Below, piece after piece: positions 1 through 14,900 of a DNA stretch of 64,000 bases (position 1 is the first letter of the stretch; the number at the start of each line of letters is the position of its first letter). The position numbers were made by a program, and so were the translations under genes. The notes under the pieces were generated by a model. The model worked only from the letters and a program-made list of their open reading frames with translations. It made no database searches and was not told where the DNA came from. The DNA is from Raillietiella orientalis (Eukaryota), in NCBI GenBank assembly GCA_036172245.1, contig JAYWIR010000011.1, positions 310,001-374,000 on the forward strand. Direction: 5' to 3'.

Positions 1-3000
1 CCGCTATTTCCTCTTCTGGCCGCTGCCGAAGACGCGCGCAGAAACGAACAACGCTCTCCCCACCGCAACGGACCTCGCAGCGGAGATTCGGCGTCCACCG
101 CTGCTGGAGGTTGCTGCACAGAGGCGCTGAACGAGAAGATGGACTACGCTCGCTCGCCGTCCCGAACGATCGGCGATCTCCATAGTCCCAAAATGCAGAG
201 GACCTCCCCCCCCCATGCACACACAAAACACGTAAGGCGGCAGCGAGCACCTTCGCAACGGCGAAAAGTCCAGCAGCATGCAACGAACACAGCCAATCAT
301 CCGGTTACAACCGTTGCCGAGCAGCCACGTCGTAAGACCAGGGCGGTCGAAGACTCGAAACGCGGGGAGCAGCTTCGAACTCCGCCGCTGCACCTTTCAA
401 ACTGCCCTTCGGGGCCCCTCTGGCAATCATCCAACATGGGCCAAAGAAGGCCGGACGGGAAACCACGACCACTCATCCTCGTCGAGACTTACAGACGGTC
501 GTTTCAACCCACACCGTACTGTCGAAACGACTCTTTAGGTTGAGGGAAGACCTTTGGGAGGAGCTTCCGCAATCAATTCGGGACGACACCACGCACACCC
601 CATACACCTCTTGGAAGACGATCACGAGAAAGCCCCCAACGACGGCCCCGCGCGAGGTGGGCTACGAAAACAAAGGCATCCGTACGAAACACCTGCTGAG
701 CGGCGTCGGAAAGAGTTGAACGGGCGGTCGCGTTTCTTGGCGCAGCAGGAAGGAGCCTCGCAAAGGCGACTTCCTCCCAAGGGTTCCCCACCAAGGGCAC
801 AGATGCGTTACCATGTCTTCGAACTCGGAATCACGGCCGGTGAAGTGCATCCCGTTTACGGAGATGGAGGCCCTGATCTTGGAGGCATCCGTGTGACTAG
901 GCAGCAACTGACACTGTGGGACACATCCATCTGGAACGATTTCAACATAGGATTCCAGTCGGGGTCGCGCCTTGCGACGGACACGCAATCAAGAACCTCC
1001 GAAGACGTTGCCAATCGCGTTCCGAAAGGCGCACACAGGCGAAAGCCATCGCTCCAGGAGGTTCGAGGGAGGGAAAGTGGCTCGTGGGAGCAGGAACCCT
1101 GGCAGCAGGAAGCTACCGCTTCTCCTGAAGGCGAGAAAGTGGAGGAGCTGTGAACTGCAGCCCTTGGAAACGCCCTCGTCCGAGAAAACGCACCGCAAAG
1201 GGCGAATCCGGAGCCACCGGGAGAGAGGGAAGGGCTCTGCTCTCTTCCTTCTCTCCCGATGGGTCGGGAGCTGCGTGCATGACGGCGCACCGGCTCCTGG
1301 AGGAGAAGATGTATGCGACAAGTCGCCGCAGCTGGCTTCGCCCTGTCTGCCCGGCTGATGCGGGTTCCGCGGCAACCGGCGGAAGAGGCTTCCCAATGGG
1401 TGGCTCGCCTGGGGGCGCACAAGGAACTGGTTTTTCGGATTCCGTCACAAACACTTCCTTGGGACGTGCCACCTGCTCACATTAGGAAGCGCCGAGGTGC
1501 ATCCCGACTTGGCATCGAATGCGAGCTGACCGCGTCGGAACTTCGAACGCTCCCCAACCGAGACATGGCGATGGTCTGGTCTTGAACCGCGAAGTGTCAC
1601 GTGCCCACCGGACAGAACGAACCGGCAATCTTCGCAAGACGGATTAAAAAGTTTGCATCAGTGTGAGATCCCGGGAGTCGCGGCCGGTTATCCCGCTGAC
1701 CTCTGCAAACCCGGTCGCCGCAGCACACTGCTCCCCGGCCCAGCAGCAGGCGATTCGCGACTCTCGACCGCGATCGGTGTCTGCACCGCGCGAAAGCGGC
1801 AACGCCGGGAACGCCTGTTCGTTCCCCTCCGATGCAATCAGCGCATCCTCGAATGGGGCACTTCTTGGCACCAAAGTCAGCTCGACGAAAGAGCCATTTC
1901 CGAACGGACGAGAGAATCTGTTTCGGCGCAAGGCGGCAGCCGAGAGCTCCATCACCGCCGCTACCACGGTAACGGTTGCCGCCGATTCACCCGGACTGCT
2001 TTTGCGCTATGGCGCTTTTGTTCGGCCGCTGCAACACGATGGAGTTGTCCAAAGCAACTTTCACCACGGGCAGCAAACGCAACTTTTGGGTTGCAACCAC
2101 CAAATTCCACCTTCGGACGAAACCCATGCATCGCTGCTCCATTCCGCAGGCAGCGGACTCCACTGGGGCTAGCCGCACAAAACGTTCTTGGTCAACAGAA
2201 AAATGAAAGAAAAAGGCAAAGGCCGGCGGGAGAGCCGATTGGTGCCCGCGGTTGCAACCATGAACGCTCAGCTGAGTGACTGGCCAAGTCGAATGAAGAA
2301 GAGGCACGAGAGAAACTCTCGAGGAGTTCACGAATGGTCAGCGGGCACGGAGCGACTGAGAAAGAGGAAACGAATGGACAGAAGAAACCCCCCGAGGATA
2401 CAGCGATGGCTCGCTGCAGTGAATTCTGGAGATTCACGTGGGGTGCCGACGGGACCAGAACGAAATTTGCCAGGTACCACCCGAGGAGCACTAGGAGGGA
2501 TTTTGAGAACGCGGACTAGGCTGGGAACTGAGTGGGGCCGAAGTGAGGGCTGGTTCACCGAGGGGTGGCGGGACAAGAGTGAGGCTTCGGGGAATTCACT
2601 GCCTCCAGATGAATGACCACGGCTTGAGGGGTGGGAACTGCGAGATGACCTGCCTATCTCCATTCAACCGAAACTCACAGTCCTTTTTGACGCATTCCAC
2701 AAGTCTGGCGTACGTGGGGGCCGGGTACACAAGCTGGGGATGCAGAGACTGGAAAACCTGGAACACACAGGTCAGACGTGAAGTTTCCTCGAACACGAAA
2801 ACGCGCGCGAGCGTACCCTGAAAAACTCTTCATTTGTGAAGCCTCTCGGCGGTCCGTGGTAGGCGAACGGCTGCGGGTAATTGAGGGAAGAATAATCCAC
2901 GTTCTGCAAAAAAAAAAAAAAAAACTTTGACAGTCCAGTCATCCCAATCAATTTCACGGGATAAGGAACCTGGGAGCAACAGGTAGCAGAAGCAACGCAA

Positions 3001-4673
3001 CAAGGTGAGAAAACTCGAATAGCGGTCACTACAGGAGTTTGCTCACGGAATCTTTTCCGCAAATCCCCCCTCCCCCCTCTCGACAAACAGATCGGTGGAG
3101 TCTTGGACACAGCAGTCGCTGCCACTGCTTTCCAGCACAAGTCCAACTGGACGGCACGGCAACGCGTGCGCAGCGAAGGTGCGGCCACAAGATAGGGGGA
3201 TCTTACGTAAACACAGCCAAAAGTATCTTAGAAAAGCACCTGTTGCATTCTCCTCCAAAGCCCACGAAAGTCGTTGCTTGCAGAGGCCTGCTGCGGTTGA
3301 TGGGGAGGCTGCGGACGCAACTCCTGAGGGCAAACGTGAAAGATGAATTCCGGCACAACTCCGCAGGCTATTCGGGACGAGAGTTGGCATATGCACGGCG
3401 GCATGATTTTCGCACTCTTGCTTGAAGAGTCGACGAAGACGACTGATGCATCCTGCCTTCCCGAACGCGCACTAAGCACCGAACCAAAGCGGAACGCGAC
3501 CGACAAACAGAGTTTCAAATGAAACACCACCAAACAACCACTGGAGCTGATCCTCTGAATCACCTCCATCACTGCGATCTGCTGGCGCGACGCTTTCCTC
3601 GAAAAGAGGAACTCTTCGCGTGCACGAACACATCCAAGTCAGGGTTGAGGGCACCGCGCTGCCCAATTGAAGAAAACGCAATCCAACGTTCTACATAAAA
3701 TCGGTGCGTCAGGAGCTTCTTGGGGGAATTTCGGGAGAGACGGTGGGCGGACTCCACCTCTGCTTGTTACCGGAACGCCGTCGCTCCGGAGTTCCTCGTG
3801 TACGGTCCGCCACATCGTACTTCCCTGGCCGCGGGTACGGCATCGCTTATGGGAGTCTCACAAGCATCGCTGCGGGCAGTGGAAGCACGGCCGCAATGAA
3901 CGTTATGAGAGATTCCCGCTGGCAGACTTTCTTGCAAGCAGCTTCCGGAAGCACGAAGTCGCAGGTTCCATTTTTCGCGAGCGGCTGGAGACGAGCCGAA
4001 ACTGCTGGCGCCTCGACAACGAGCCGACCGGGAAGGAACGCGGGTTTCGGAAGCTGCAGATCTCGAGATTGCGCGACGAAATGACGGATGCACGAGTCGC
4101 AGAGCGCGCCAACACGGTGCAAACGAATGCGAGAAACCGAACGCGGGCGGGGGTGGCGGGGAAAGGGTTCAGTGTTCAGGCCCCCGGTTCCAGTGGGGGG
4201 CAACACTCACCTGCACGTGAGAACGGGAGTGCGAACGGTCGACTCTACTCCTTTCCGCAGCATATCCTCCCGCCTTCAGAATGTGCTTCCTCTCTGGGGA
4301 GAACAAAAAAATCATCGATGGGCCTCACCAACACCTTCGTTCTTTGACTAACAGGACGGTGGCCAATCGGATCTCGCGACAGAAGCGTGCCACCTGCACG
4401 CCTCCGCCCAAGAGGAAAGTTTCTTCGCAATACACTCGAGGGAGGCCACATCATTCGCAGCATGCGAGCACGGCACTTCCTCGTGCACACAGTGTGACGT
4501 CCGACCCAACTCTTCGACGCGGAGCTTCCAAGAACATCAACAAGCACTACAGTCGCCGCCTCACACGCGACATATATACTCTTTGCTGTATCCGAGTCCA
4601 CTCGCGTAGTTCTAGGTCATCGGCAAGGCAAATCAAGAGGAGTCACGATGGCAGCAATGAACTCTCGCTGTAA
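1..4673 (+). CDS. Possible 3' part of an unidentified multi-exon gene (low-complexity, probably disordered product)
   Basis: Frame +1 is open from 1 to 543. There is an acceptor-like ctctttag before an open frame at 539-1153, and short segments with plausible AG/GT ends near 2681-2770, 2934-3004, 3091-3178 and 4354-4673. No recognisable domain, and the phases could not all be joined. Confidence 0.25.
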
Positions 4674-7600
4674 AAGCACCACCCCATCAATCACCAGCAC
4701 ACACATACCTGTACGCGCCCACGTACTCTAAGGTGCTGTTCCCTTTAGTATTATACATACTTACAAGGGTCAACGATAAAAAGGGAGAGAGGGAGAACCA
4801 GAAGCGCGAAAAATTTTCATCCCTGCAACGCGGAGAACGTGTTTTGAGCGGGGGCACGCAACGGCCCGAGACGCGACTCCGCGAAACTCGCAACGCATCC
4901 AGGAGTCTCACCTGCCGACGGCGTAAGACGGGACCGAGTCCAGGAAGTTATGAGAAACTGCAGTTTCGTGGCTGTGTACAACACGACATGCTGACTGCAT
5001 GCAATACCCCTGGCAGCCCACATGCAGCAAGCTGTCCCCTGCGAGAACGGGGGAGCTTCGCAACCCCTCGGCCAGTAAACCCTGGTCAGATGTCAAACCT
5101 CCCGTCAACGCGCCACCGGGCCGCGGCATGCAATGTGTGCATGGACCGCATCCACCGCCGATTTGGAACGCGCACGTTTGCACGGAACGCCCGCAAAGGG
5201 CACGCACCGTTCACGGGAGCGCTCGCGCGCACGCTGCTGATGCGCATCAGCTGGAGAGCACGTCCGGACGTGCAAGACTCTGGAAGGTGCGATGCTCCGA
5301 AACAAAAAGCAACATCCCCACCCACCCCCACCCGCACAAACCCAAGACACTCTACACCTCCTCCCCGGAGGCACGGGCCACGCGAGAACCGTACACCCCA
5401 CCTTGCGCTTGGGAAATGTTGATGAGGTGCGTGGCCGGAAGCTTCGAGATTCTGCTGCTGCTGATCTTCCAGCTATTGCCGCACAGGAATTCCACGTCGA
5501 ACAGTACCTCGACCAAAGCGTCATCGTCCTCCACGTCTTTGGGAGCATAAATTCCTGAAACGACACGGGGAAACGTCGTTCACCAGCGCTCGCATCGTAC
5601 CGATGACAGTTCCTTTGCTTCCTAGGGGAACGTGAAAGCCTGGCTGAACCGTAACCACCCGATCGAATAAATCGTAATGCGAAGGCCCCGTGGGGGGAGA
5701 GTTATGCATCTGATAGACAGGCTAAAAGCAGGTGCAGTGCACGATTAGTGTTCTGAATGTGAACCATGTTAGGGCCGGCATTGCGCGAGAACCAAGCGGC
5801 GGCGAACTCTTGCGAAACGCGGCAGAAGGCGAACACGAGGTAGACAAAAAGCTCGTACCAGAAATATCGAAGACGGCTGCACCAGGAAGTTCAAGCTCTC
5901 CCTCTTCGGAATGTGGCTGCTGATGAAGCGTTCCAAGTCGCTGACGATCTGGGGCGGCACCACGGTGGAGTCGAACGGGATTCGCTCGGTCTTCCAGAAA
6001 TTTTGCTTGTTGAGCCACACTTTGAATGCCTGCAACTCTTTCTTGCCGACGTCTCTGCAAAAGAGCGGTTCGGTGACACGCGAGCCGCTCGCTCCCGTAA
6101 CAACGGCAGCATGCATTCACGCCGAACGCGCACCGCGTGCCGTTCGAAGGGCCGACCGCCGATGCACCCAAAGACCCTCCCTCCCCGCGGGGGGCTACTT
6201 CACTGGCAGCCATTCATCGGAAGCGGAAAATCGAAATTCCTGTTCTCCCCTGAGCACGTCGCGCATGTTCGCAATCGCTCCCGATGCCGCCAAGGACAAG
6301 AAAAACGTACTCCCCGCAACTGTCCAGAAAGTCCTGCTCGTATATGACTTCCTTCAACATATTGCTGCCAAGGAACGAAAACAACATGGGGAACTTGTCT
6401 TGGAATTCCTTGATGCAGTCGAGCGTGGCCAAAGAATAATACCAGATTCCCTGCATCTTCTTCGTGAAGCCGTACACCTGGAAGAGGAAGTCTCACGGAT
6501 TGCCCAGACGCTTTGACGAGAAACGACCGATGGCGAAGAACGCTCGGCTGCGCTCCCGGCTCACCTCCTCTTTCCTTTTATTGAATTTCAGGTCCAAACT
6601 GACTTTGGTGTATTTCTCCCGCGCACACTTTTTTGAACCTTGAGCGCGTATCAGCTGTGTGTTCCCGGTCAGTTTCGAAAACAGGAAAGGATGCATTTTG
6701 AGTTTTGCTGCACTCTTGTGACCTGGGGACACAAACAAGTCACGACATCCGCTGCAACATCACAAATTCATCACAAATTCAAAACAAACAAACTATATAG
6801 CCGATTAATATATGGAAATCACTGTTGTCGTCAGGATTTCACCTGTCACCTGATGAAATGACGCTGTGGAGGACATTCCAGCTCCTGCGGATTTCGCACA
6901 CGGAAGACCAAATTGCCCTATTTTTGAGCTCCTCAGCTTTTGCAAAAAAAAAAAAAAAAAAAAACATTTCCCTTCTATCAAATTCCCTTCCAGTCCACCT
7001 TTTACAACTGCGTGGCACCGAGTATGGGATTGTTTCCTTGGGTTTGAAAGCAATCTTGGTTGGTGAAGCGATCACTCATGCATGAGCAAAAACTGTGTCT
7101 TTTAATATCAGAAAAGCGTCAAAGAGATCAACACGAAACGTATGAAACAAAGCAAACAAACAAAAAAACACACACACCTCAACGAGCAACCATTCCGTCG
7201 CTTTCGACTTCCGTGAAGAGCTCCCACCAGAGAGAGGCTTTCTGTTTATGCCCGGGGCATATGGTACAGAAGAAGAAAAGAAGTCCAGAAAAGTGTACAA
7301 GCCAAGAGTAATTTTCATAGACTTATAAACACGAGTGGCACTATGCAGGAAAAGGGGGGTACTCTCGCCTACGACGTTGACAGAGAGATGAAACCTTCAG
7401 AAAAGCAGTGTTTCCACGATTACTGGAGGGGTTCCAACGACTCCGCAAAAGAGCTCGCTGCAACCAAACCCAAGCACTGCATGTTCGTCGCGAAACTGGC
7501 AGGAAGGAAGCCGAAGAACGCCACTTGCCCACTTCAAAGAACCGGAAAAGTAAAGACCAGAATTGCGGAAGTGTATCGTAGAAAGCTGCGCAGAACGTGT

Positions 7601-10600
7601 TCGCAACCATCGACAACGCAGTAACTGAAAAAACTTCCGTCTCGGTGAACCTTCGCATGCGAAAGACGTGGGTTCAAAACACGACTGCTGAGAACGCGAC
7701 CAGGCAGGTCAGGAACTGCAAGGGACTTCGATACGACTTGCCCAAACCAGCACCTCCTCTCCGTGGAAGGAGTTGCACTTTGCAGGAAACGAGGCCGGCG
7801 GGAGAGATCGCTTTCCAGCGTAGCATAACTCATGCCTTCCGGTGTCCCTAATCACTATTTGCAATCCTCGAGATGAAAACTCAAACCCGTGGGCCGCTGC
7901 CCTTCTGCTTCGACCTCAACTTTGGACACCCACGTATGGAGCGCGGAAACCAAAATGCAACTCCACTTCCGAAGCAAGAACCAAGAGTCGGCTGCTCGCA
8001 ACGACTTTGGCGCAAGCGCTGTTCTGCAAACAGACTTCCTACGCTGCGTCATCCTATTCGGCAAGCCACGACCTACGACGACTACGTTCAGTTTAATTGT
8101 GGGTGTTGCTTTGTGGACAAGCAGTCAGATGAGAACACGATATACAATCACACGCACTTGGAAACCAAACGACTCGACACCAAGAGAGCCCGCAAGCAGT
8201 AAGTGAACACCACGGCATTTTTGCTTTCAACCATGATGTGACATGTGATCACTACATCTGAGCATTCTTCTATGCTTTCGGGAAAAGGGACACACCGGGG
8301 GGCACGACCGATCTGATTCAGATGTGTCACTCACGGATTAGGCAGTGTACGGATCTGTACTGAAGGGTTGCGTCACCGGCGGCAAACAAACGGGCAGCCT
8401 TGCGCACAGGTACGACGCGGTACGAAGATCCGCAAAGGAGACGAGGAGGATGGCAGATGTGGGAGGATGCGGTTCACGAGACAGGGGCGACAGGTCTGGA
8501 AGGCCTTCTGGAAACCCGCCATTCTGGCAGACTGGCTCCTGCCGTTCCGGGGAAGCGGGCGCAAGGAGCGCACGCAAGGCGAGACGGCACAAACCCAACT
8601 TCTCCGACCAGATGATGGGAGGGATCGCGCCATGGATCCGTGGGCAGCGGAGTGCTTCCGCCGTACAGACCGGACCGGACCACACAAGACTCCCTCTACC
8701 CGTTTGGTTTGGCGACGGATAACGCTGGCAGAAGGAAAGCTGCGGAGACGATAAAGAAACCACCGGGCGAGTGGGGCAGATTCCACGGAGCCACTCGCCG
8801 AGAGCTATTTGCAGGCCTTCTTTTTCCGAGGAGGAAAGCCGTGGGAAAAGACGGAAGGGGACGGACGCTTGAGAACAAAGGAGTGTGTGGCTGTTGTTTA
8901 CACGTGCCCTCGAGCCCTTGGGGATTGCTGCCTGAGCAGCAAGCGCGATAACAAGAAACGCATCACGCCCATGGCGGGTGGCTCGTGACTTTATCCCCTT
9001 TGCTGGTATAATTTTTACCACTACCAACACAAGTGAGCGCTCTGACGTATTCATCTACAGTCACCAGACGAACCTACACGAATTACGGTTCGGATACACC
9101 AAACTGTCGCAGTGCTTTCTCTAACTTTTGATCCACACATTCCGCTTCGAGTTGTCTCAAAGTGCAAGGCTGAGAGCTTTCATCTCGCCGCGATGCGAAC
9201 CCTCACACTCGCCCTTCGAAAGGAAGACGTACCTGTGAAATATTTCTCCATCAGATGGAAGTCCGAATCCTTGAAGAAGCTCACATCAGGCTCGCTGGAA
9301 ACACTGATCTGCACATTGACTAAACCTTTATTTGACAGGACTTCCACAACCTGGAACCACGGGAAAATGCTGTCAAATTTCCACAGCTGACTTTTGTTCG
9401 GAAAGTGACACTCGCAAACACACTCCGGAAAAGCGCGTCATTTTTAGAGAGGCGCTTACGACGGAAAGTGAAATTCAGGTAGCCAAACCGAAAGCCGATG
9501 CATAAACTTTAGAGGAGGATTTGATTGAAAATTAGCAACAGAGAAACGTTTTTCGTTCTTCGACTCCCCAAACCGAAGGCAGTCTTCAATCATAACACCC
9601 GAATCCCTTTCGTTCATCACGGGTGTCTTCGGTCGAGTTTAAAAAAGGTACGTAGAAGATGAGGTGACAGTCGAGACGAAGGGGCTCCCCATTTACACAA
9701 ACAAACCATTCGTTTTACCTTGCCGACGGCACCGTAGTGCAACTGATTTATCAAAAATATGGTGGAGTCCTCGGTGAACAAATCTTTGATGTTTCCATAT
9801 TTGTTTGGTATTTTCCTATAAATTTTGATGTTTTTCAGAACTGTTTGGCAAGCAAAAAATTCACATTCAGGTGACCATACACGGTTGATGCTTATTTTGC
9901 CATCGACGCCGTCATGGCAAACGTACTTGTATCCGGTAAAAAGTGATGCATACAACAGAATGTCGGTGGATCCGATGTCGACGCCCATGGTCGACTGGTA
10001 CCTAGTGGACAACCACAGCAGCTTATAAGCGTTTGTTACGAATACGGACAACAACAAGAAAAAAAATGCTGACGTATAAAGAAGTTAATTTTAGGCCGCA
10101 CATTGATACATAACACACAAAGTACGCTCGGTTCGATCAATTGTGGAAAACCAGCGCTTCGCTGGCTTTCCACCTTCGGATTTTTTCCATTTCTCTCTCC
10201 TCGTTCTTCGAAGTGGCACGCACGGTGCACTTTTCTGCAAGTCCCTACCTCAGCCGTCCCAACATACACATAAATGCACGTTAATCGCATCATCGAGTGG
10301 CCGACGCGTTTCTTCGCGTCCGGAAGACCGACGTCGCGTAAGGAACGAAGTGGACTTTTGGATTCCGCGCCTGCCGACCCTCCCTGACCTGACGCTCTTG
10401 TGGAAGAAGGAACGCGAGCGAATGGTGCCCGCATGATTTGAGCTCTCTTTTGAGCCATCGTGCTCTCATCCGAGTTTCGCCTCCCTGTTCGGCAAGACGT
10501 ACACCGGAACCTGGAATTTGCTTTGCTCGCTTCCCCCGAATGAGCTCATCTCCCTCATTTTCTTTCCCTGCGAACGCTGATCCATTGAGAAATCAAACAG

Positions 10601-11955
10601 CGGCGACAAAGCGAAACGCATTTTGAGGATCACAGTTTTCCGATTTTGATTCCTGCGCTTTTCAAGAAAGCTTCGCCGCTGCACCAACGGGGCAAACGCT
10701 CATGATAGGAACACACCTCGTTTCAGATCCTGGTAAATGATCTACGAGAGAGAGGAACGGATGGATTTCACAGTTTCCTGCTTCCATGCGCGCGAAGTCA
10801 ACCTCCTATTTCGCCGGGTGCTTCCGTTTTCCGACACGAAATTCGAAAGGATATGTTCCTTTTACGTCTCAAACGTACAAAGAAGATGCACTGAGCGCAC
10901 CTTTGCGGATTACCGTCTACTGTTCCATTGGGGAAATTTTGTTTTGGTGCAGACGAAAGCCTAAGTCTACTTATCTGATAGATTTCGATTTCGTTAGTCT
11001 GGGAACAGTTTGGGAGCATTTTCGTACACGTACACTGGTGCACAAGTACTTGCTCGAATCTTTTGCACAAGTGCCGTGATGATGAGAAAGAGCGGTGGAC
11101 CAGATTGGTAATGCGATCTCGCAAAATGAGCAGCGGCAATGCACTTGTGAAGTCTACTTCCTGTGTTCCCTTTCAAAAAAAAAAAAAAAACAAAAAAAAA
11201 AAAAAAAAAACGAAAGATTGCTCGGGGCCGATGTGACCACTTGGTGCAGAAACTGTACGCACCTCCAACACGCAAGTAAGTCTTCGTCTGCACATATGCA
11301 TTTTTGCGGATTTCCTTCTGAAAATGAATATGCTGAAATAACATGTAGGCCGATATGTGCGTACCTAAGCAAAAAAAAAAAAAAAGGCGGCTAATCTAAA
11401 ATAACGACAATATCTCTGAAATTTATGGACGTGTACGAGTTCTACGGATGCTAAAGAACTTAAAAGTGCAGGCCTTTGTGTACGCTTTGCGTGGACACAC
11501 AGTTGGTGTTGCACGTTTTCCACATCAGGCCACGCAGTGCACGCAAGAAAATAACCACACTGAAAGTGACGTGACCGCGTTGGAAAAAGCACACGCACCG
11601 ACACTGAAAAGGACCGGCAACTTGGTTAATGACACAGATGAACAAAACACGAGTTGGACACCTCGAGATCTTCAAACACTTAACTCAGGAATGCTGCTAA
11701 CTGCTGAAACATTCCATGAGAAACTGAATCAACGAACGCTTACAAACGGCCGTTTCCAAACGGATAGATGATAATTTACTTACATAATACAATAAACTCA
11801 CCTGCTTTCGATGGCTGATTTCTCCAGCTGCCAGAAATTTTTCTCATCGGCGTTGAGGTTTCTGACAGATATTTGGTAACCTCCGCGGCCTTGCGTTATG
11901 AAAAATTCGTGCTCGGTGTCTTGAATCTTCTGGACCCTTCGAGATAAAAAGTGGC

Positions 11956-11989
<34 letters not shown>

Positions 11990-14900
11990 ATGTCGTCGTG
12001 TGAGTTTACCGATTATGCCAAACCACGCTTCACACGGAACGCCTTTCAGAACATTGTGGGGTACGAAATGCGATTTCAGAATGTGTTCACGTGGTGCCGT
12101 TTTGCTTCTATGTCTGAGCTCGCACATGGCACACACGTTTGCTCACACATCACGTATCACACAACGAAACACATTTCCACGACGAACCTTTTCGTCTTTC
12201 CGGCTTAAAGTCCTGCAAGTCGAATTCCGGAAATTCGATTTGCCTCATTCTCAAAAGTCCACACCAAACTTTCGTTAAGTTCCTTTGCTACAATTTTGTG
12301 TGTGTGTGTGTGTGTGTGTAATTAACCGTATAAAAACAAAAAATCACACTAAAATAACCATCGATCTTCAAATACTCTTAAATCTCAAATACTGCATTTG
12401 CAGTGATAAAAGGCTTATGTGATGAACACATCCCAACTTTTGCTTTGCTGATTGATTTTGTGAAACCTCACCCTACGTGTGGAAGCACTTTCCTTGGAAA
12501 ATGCCTCCCTCTCTACTTGCAAGACAAATATTTGCAACATTTTTTGCGAGTGATGCCATGACTTGCAATTTGATTTCCATGCAATCCATAATTTCTTTAT
12601 ATTTTCAAGCTAATTTGGCATATTTGTGTTTCTTAACTATCGCACACGTAAAGCAAACTCACGAAACCGGGAGTGAACCTGGAGCATTACTTCACGGGAA
12701 AATAGGCACACTTGAAGAATGCGAAACTGAATTTTGGATGATTTGAACGAGAAAATCAAACTGCTCTCGAAGAAAATGAAAATATTGTTGGGTAATACGA
12801 AATGGATCAAATCAGTAGAAAGAGGAAGAGGAGAGGACAACAACAACAGATTTTCGGGCACAGATGCATGCAGGAGGCAACGATTAATGGAATATATTCC
12901 GATTCGAGAATTCAAGGATAGATGATTGAGAAACGTGTTTTTCAACGTAAGCTCATAATGAGCTCCTACTTTTCCATGCATTGTGCAAACAAGTTCAAAA
13001 AGTTCTGATAAGTAAATGTTTAAGCGACAAAAGGCATGGTTTAGGAGTGGGAGGAAACTTGAAAATAACCCATGCTTACTTTGCTTCAACAAGATGCGGC
13101 CAATTTACGAGGACGATCTGGCCAATAAACTTTTTGACAATATTCTTAGTTCTTTCCTGAACATTACACTCATCAAATGTATCGTGAAGTTTCAAAATGA
13201 TGCTTTCCTTTTTGCTGGCGTGCTGGAAGACTTTAACGTGGGCATCAGACAGGAAAGACTATTCAGAAAATGAAATTAGCAATTGAAACTGTACATATGG
13301 GTAACTCACAGTATGAGGGATGTACTTGAAAGTTGAGAATCCTGGAAAATATAGTCCTTCCGGTAGTGAATACGTTTTACAATTAGGCTCCGATACTTCA
13401 AAATCTTTCCTCCATATTAAAGTAGCATTTGCATGATTGTTCACTATTTTAGGAAAATATTTAGGAGACTCTAACGGTCCAGCATTTTCTTTTGTGTACA
13501 CAAATAAGTGCATAGGCAAAGCAACATTGCGTTGCTTTTCATCATCAGATAAAAGGTCATTGTATGGAGCTATACTTTGTAAAAGTTTATCCTGATGAAT
13601 TAGAAATTAAAATCATGCCAAACATATATTTAATTAAATATACATTCATAAAATGTCAAAATTTTTAAATATTGTTACCCTGAAACATGCATTCATCATT
13701 TCCTTAAATTTATGCAAGCACAATTCCTAACAGAGGATACTGACAACAAATTTCATAACTCAAAGTTCAAATAACAATGCAACAAAAGGAAAAATACATT
13801 TTAGGATTTATGAAAAGCAGAAAACTTTCAACATATTACACAGACCTGATCGATAAAGGGAAGGAGAACGACTGCTTCATAATCATGAATTTTTCCATTC
13901 TGATCTATTTCAAAAGTTTTGGGATAATAATCTAAGATTGGCGAGTCCTCATCCACTAGAAGATGCTGATAAGCTTTTGGCAACAAATTTTTGCTATAAA
14001 CATATGGAAGAAATCAAATTAATCTTGAGTTGGCTTAATGCACAAATCTACCATGCTGGTGGGAGAATGGCCAAAAGTTGCTCAAATGGCAGAAATGGTG
14101 CACCCAAAGTGAAAGAAAAATTCATATTTGCAAAGTCTTGAACATCCGACACGAGTGGTGCATAATGATATGGGTAAAACCATGACCATGAACATATACC
14201 GTGATAATAATAATGCAAAATCCATTGGATTCCCCTTACGTATTCTTCTGAACACTGTCTTACAATCTGTCTGCAATACATAAATATTCAATTTCTGGAT
14301 CCAAATGGGAATCAAACATTTAGACATGAATTTGCAGTGACACCATCAGGCGTGAGAAGCAAATTAGAAACAGTAACTTCCAATTGCTTCATGCCATCAA
14401 AGCAAACATATTCCAAAAAATTATAATTGAAAATCATCGTACCGAAAATTTCTATGCTTTTGTACACATGCATTTTACACACACCTTGAAAAGGAACTGA
14501 ACAAAACCAAGTCTGTTACAATTGACAACTGAACTGATAACATGGTTTGCAAATCAAAACAAGAATTTTTTTTCAATACCAAAGGTAATGTGGTTGCAAT
14601 ACATTTTATACACAAACTTTATACATTTCTCCTAGAACTAACCACCATGATTTACCTCAAAATGTAGTTAATAAATCAATGACATATTCAAGAAATACAC
14701 TTGCTATTAGTTTGTGAACAAGCTAGTTCACCTTCATAACACATTTTTATTGTAAATGGCTAGAAAAACTATGGTACACTATGAATGGATACTCCAATCA
14801 CTAAAATCCATGGCCATGACGACACATGTTGATGAACAGATGCAATCTATTCCTTTGGCTTTACTGAACTTGTTAGAGAATTTCTTTCACTTGGTCACAA

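Noticed and set aside
7285..7350. Tubulin-like motif ([10 protein letters not shown])
   Set aside because: A stop follows immediately and there is no other tubulin similarity; likely chance.
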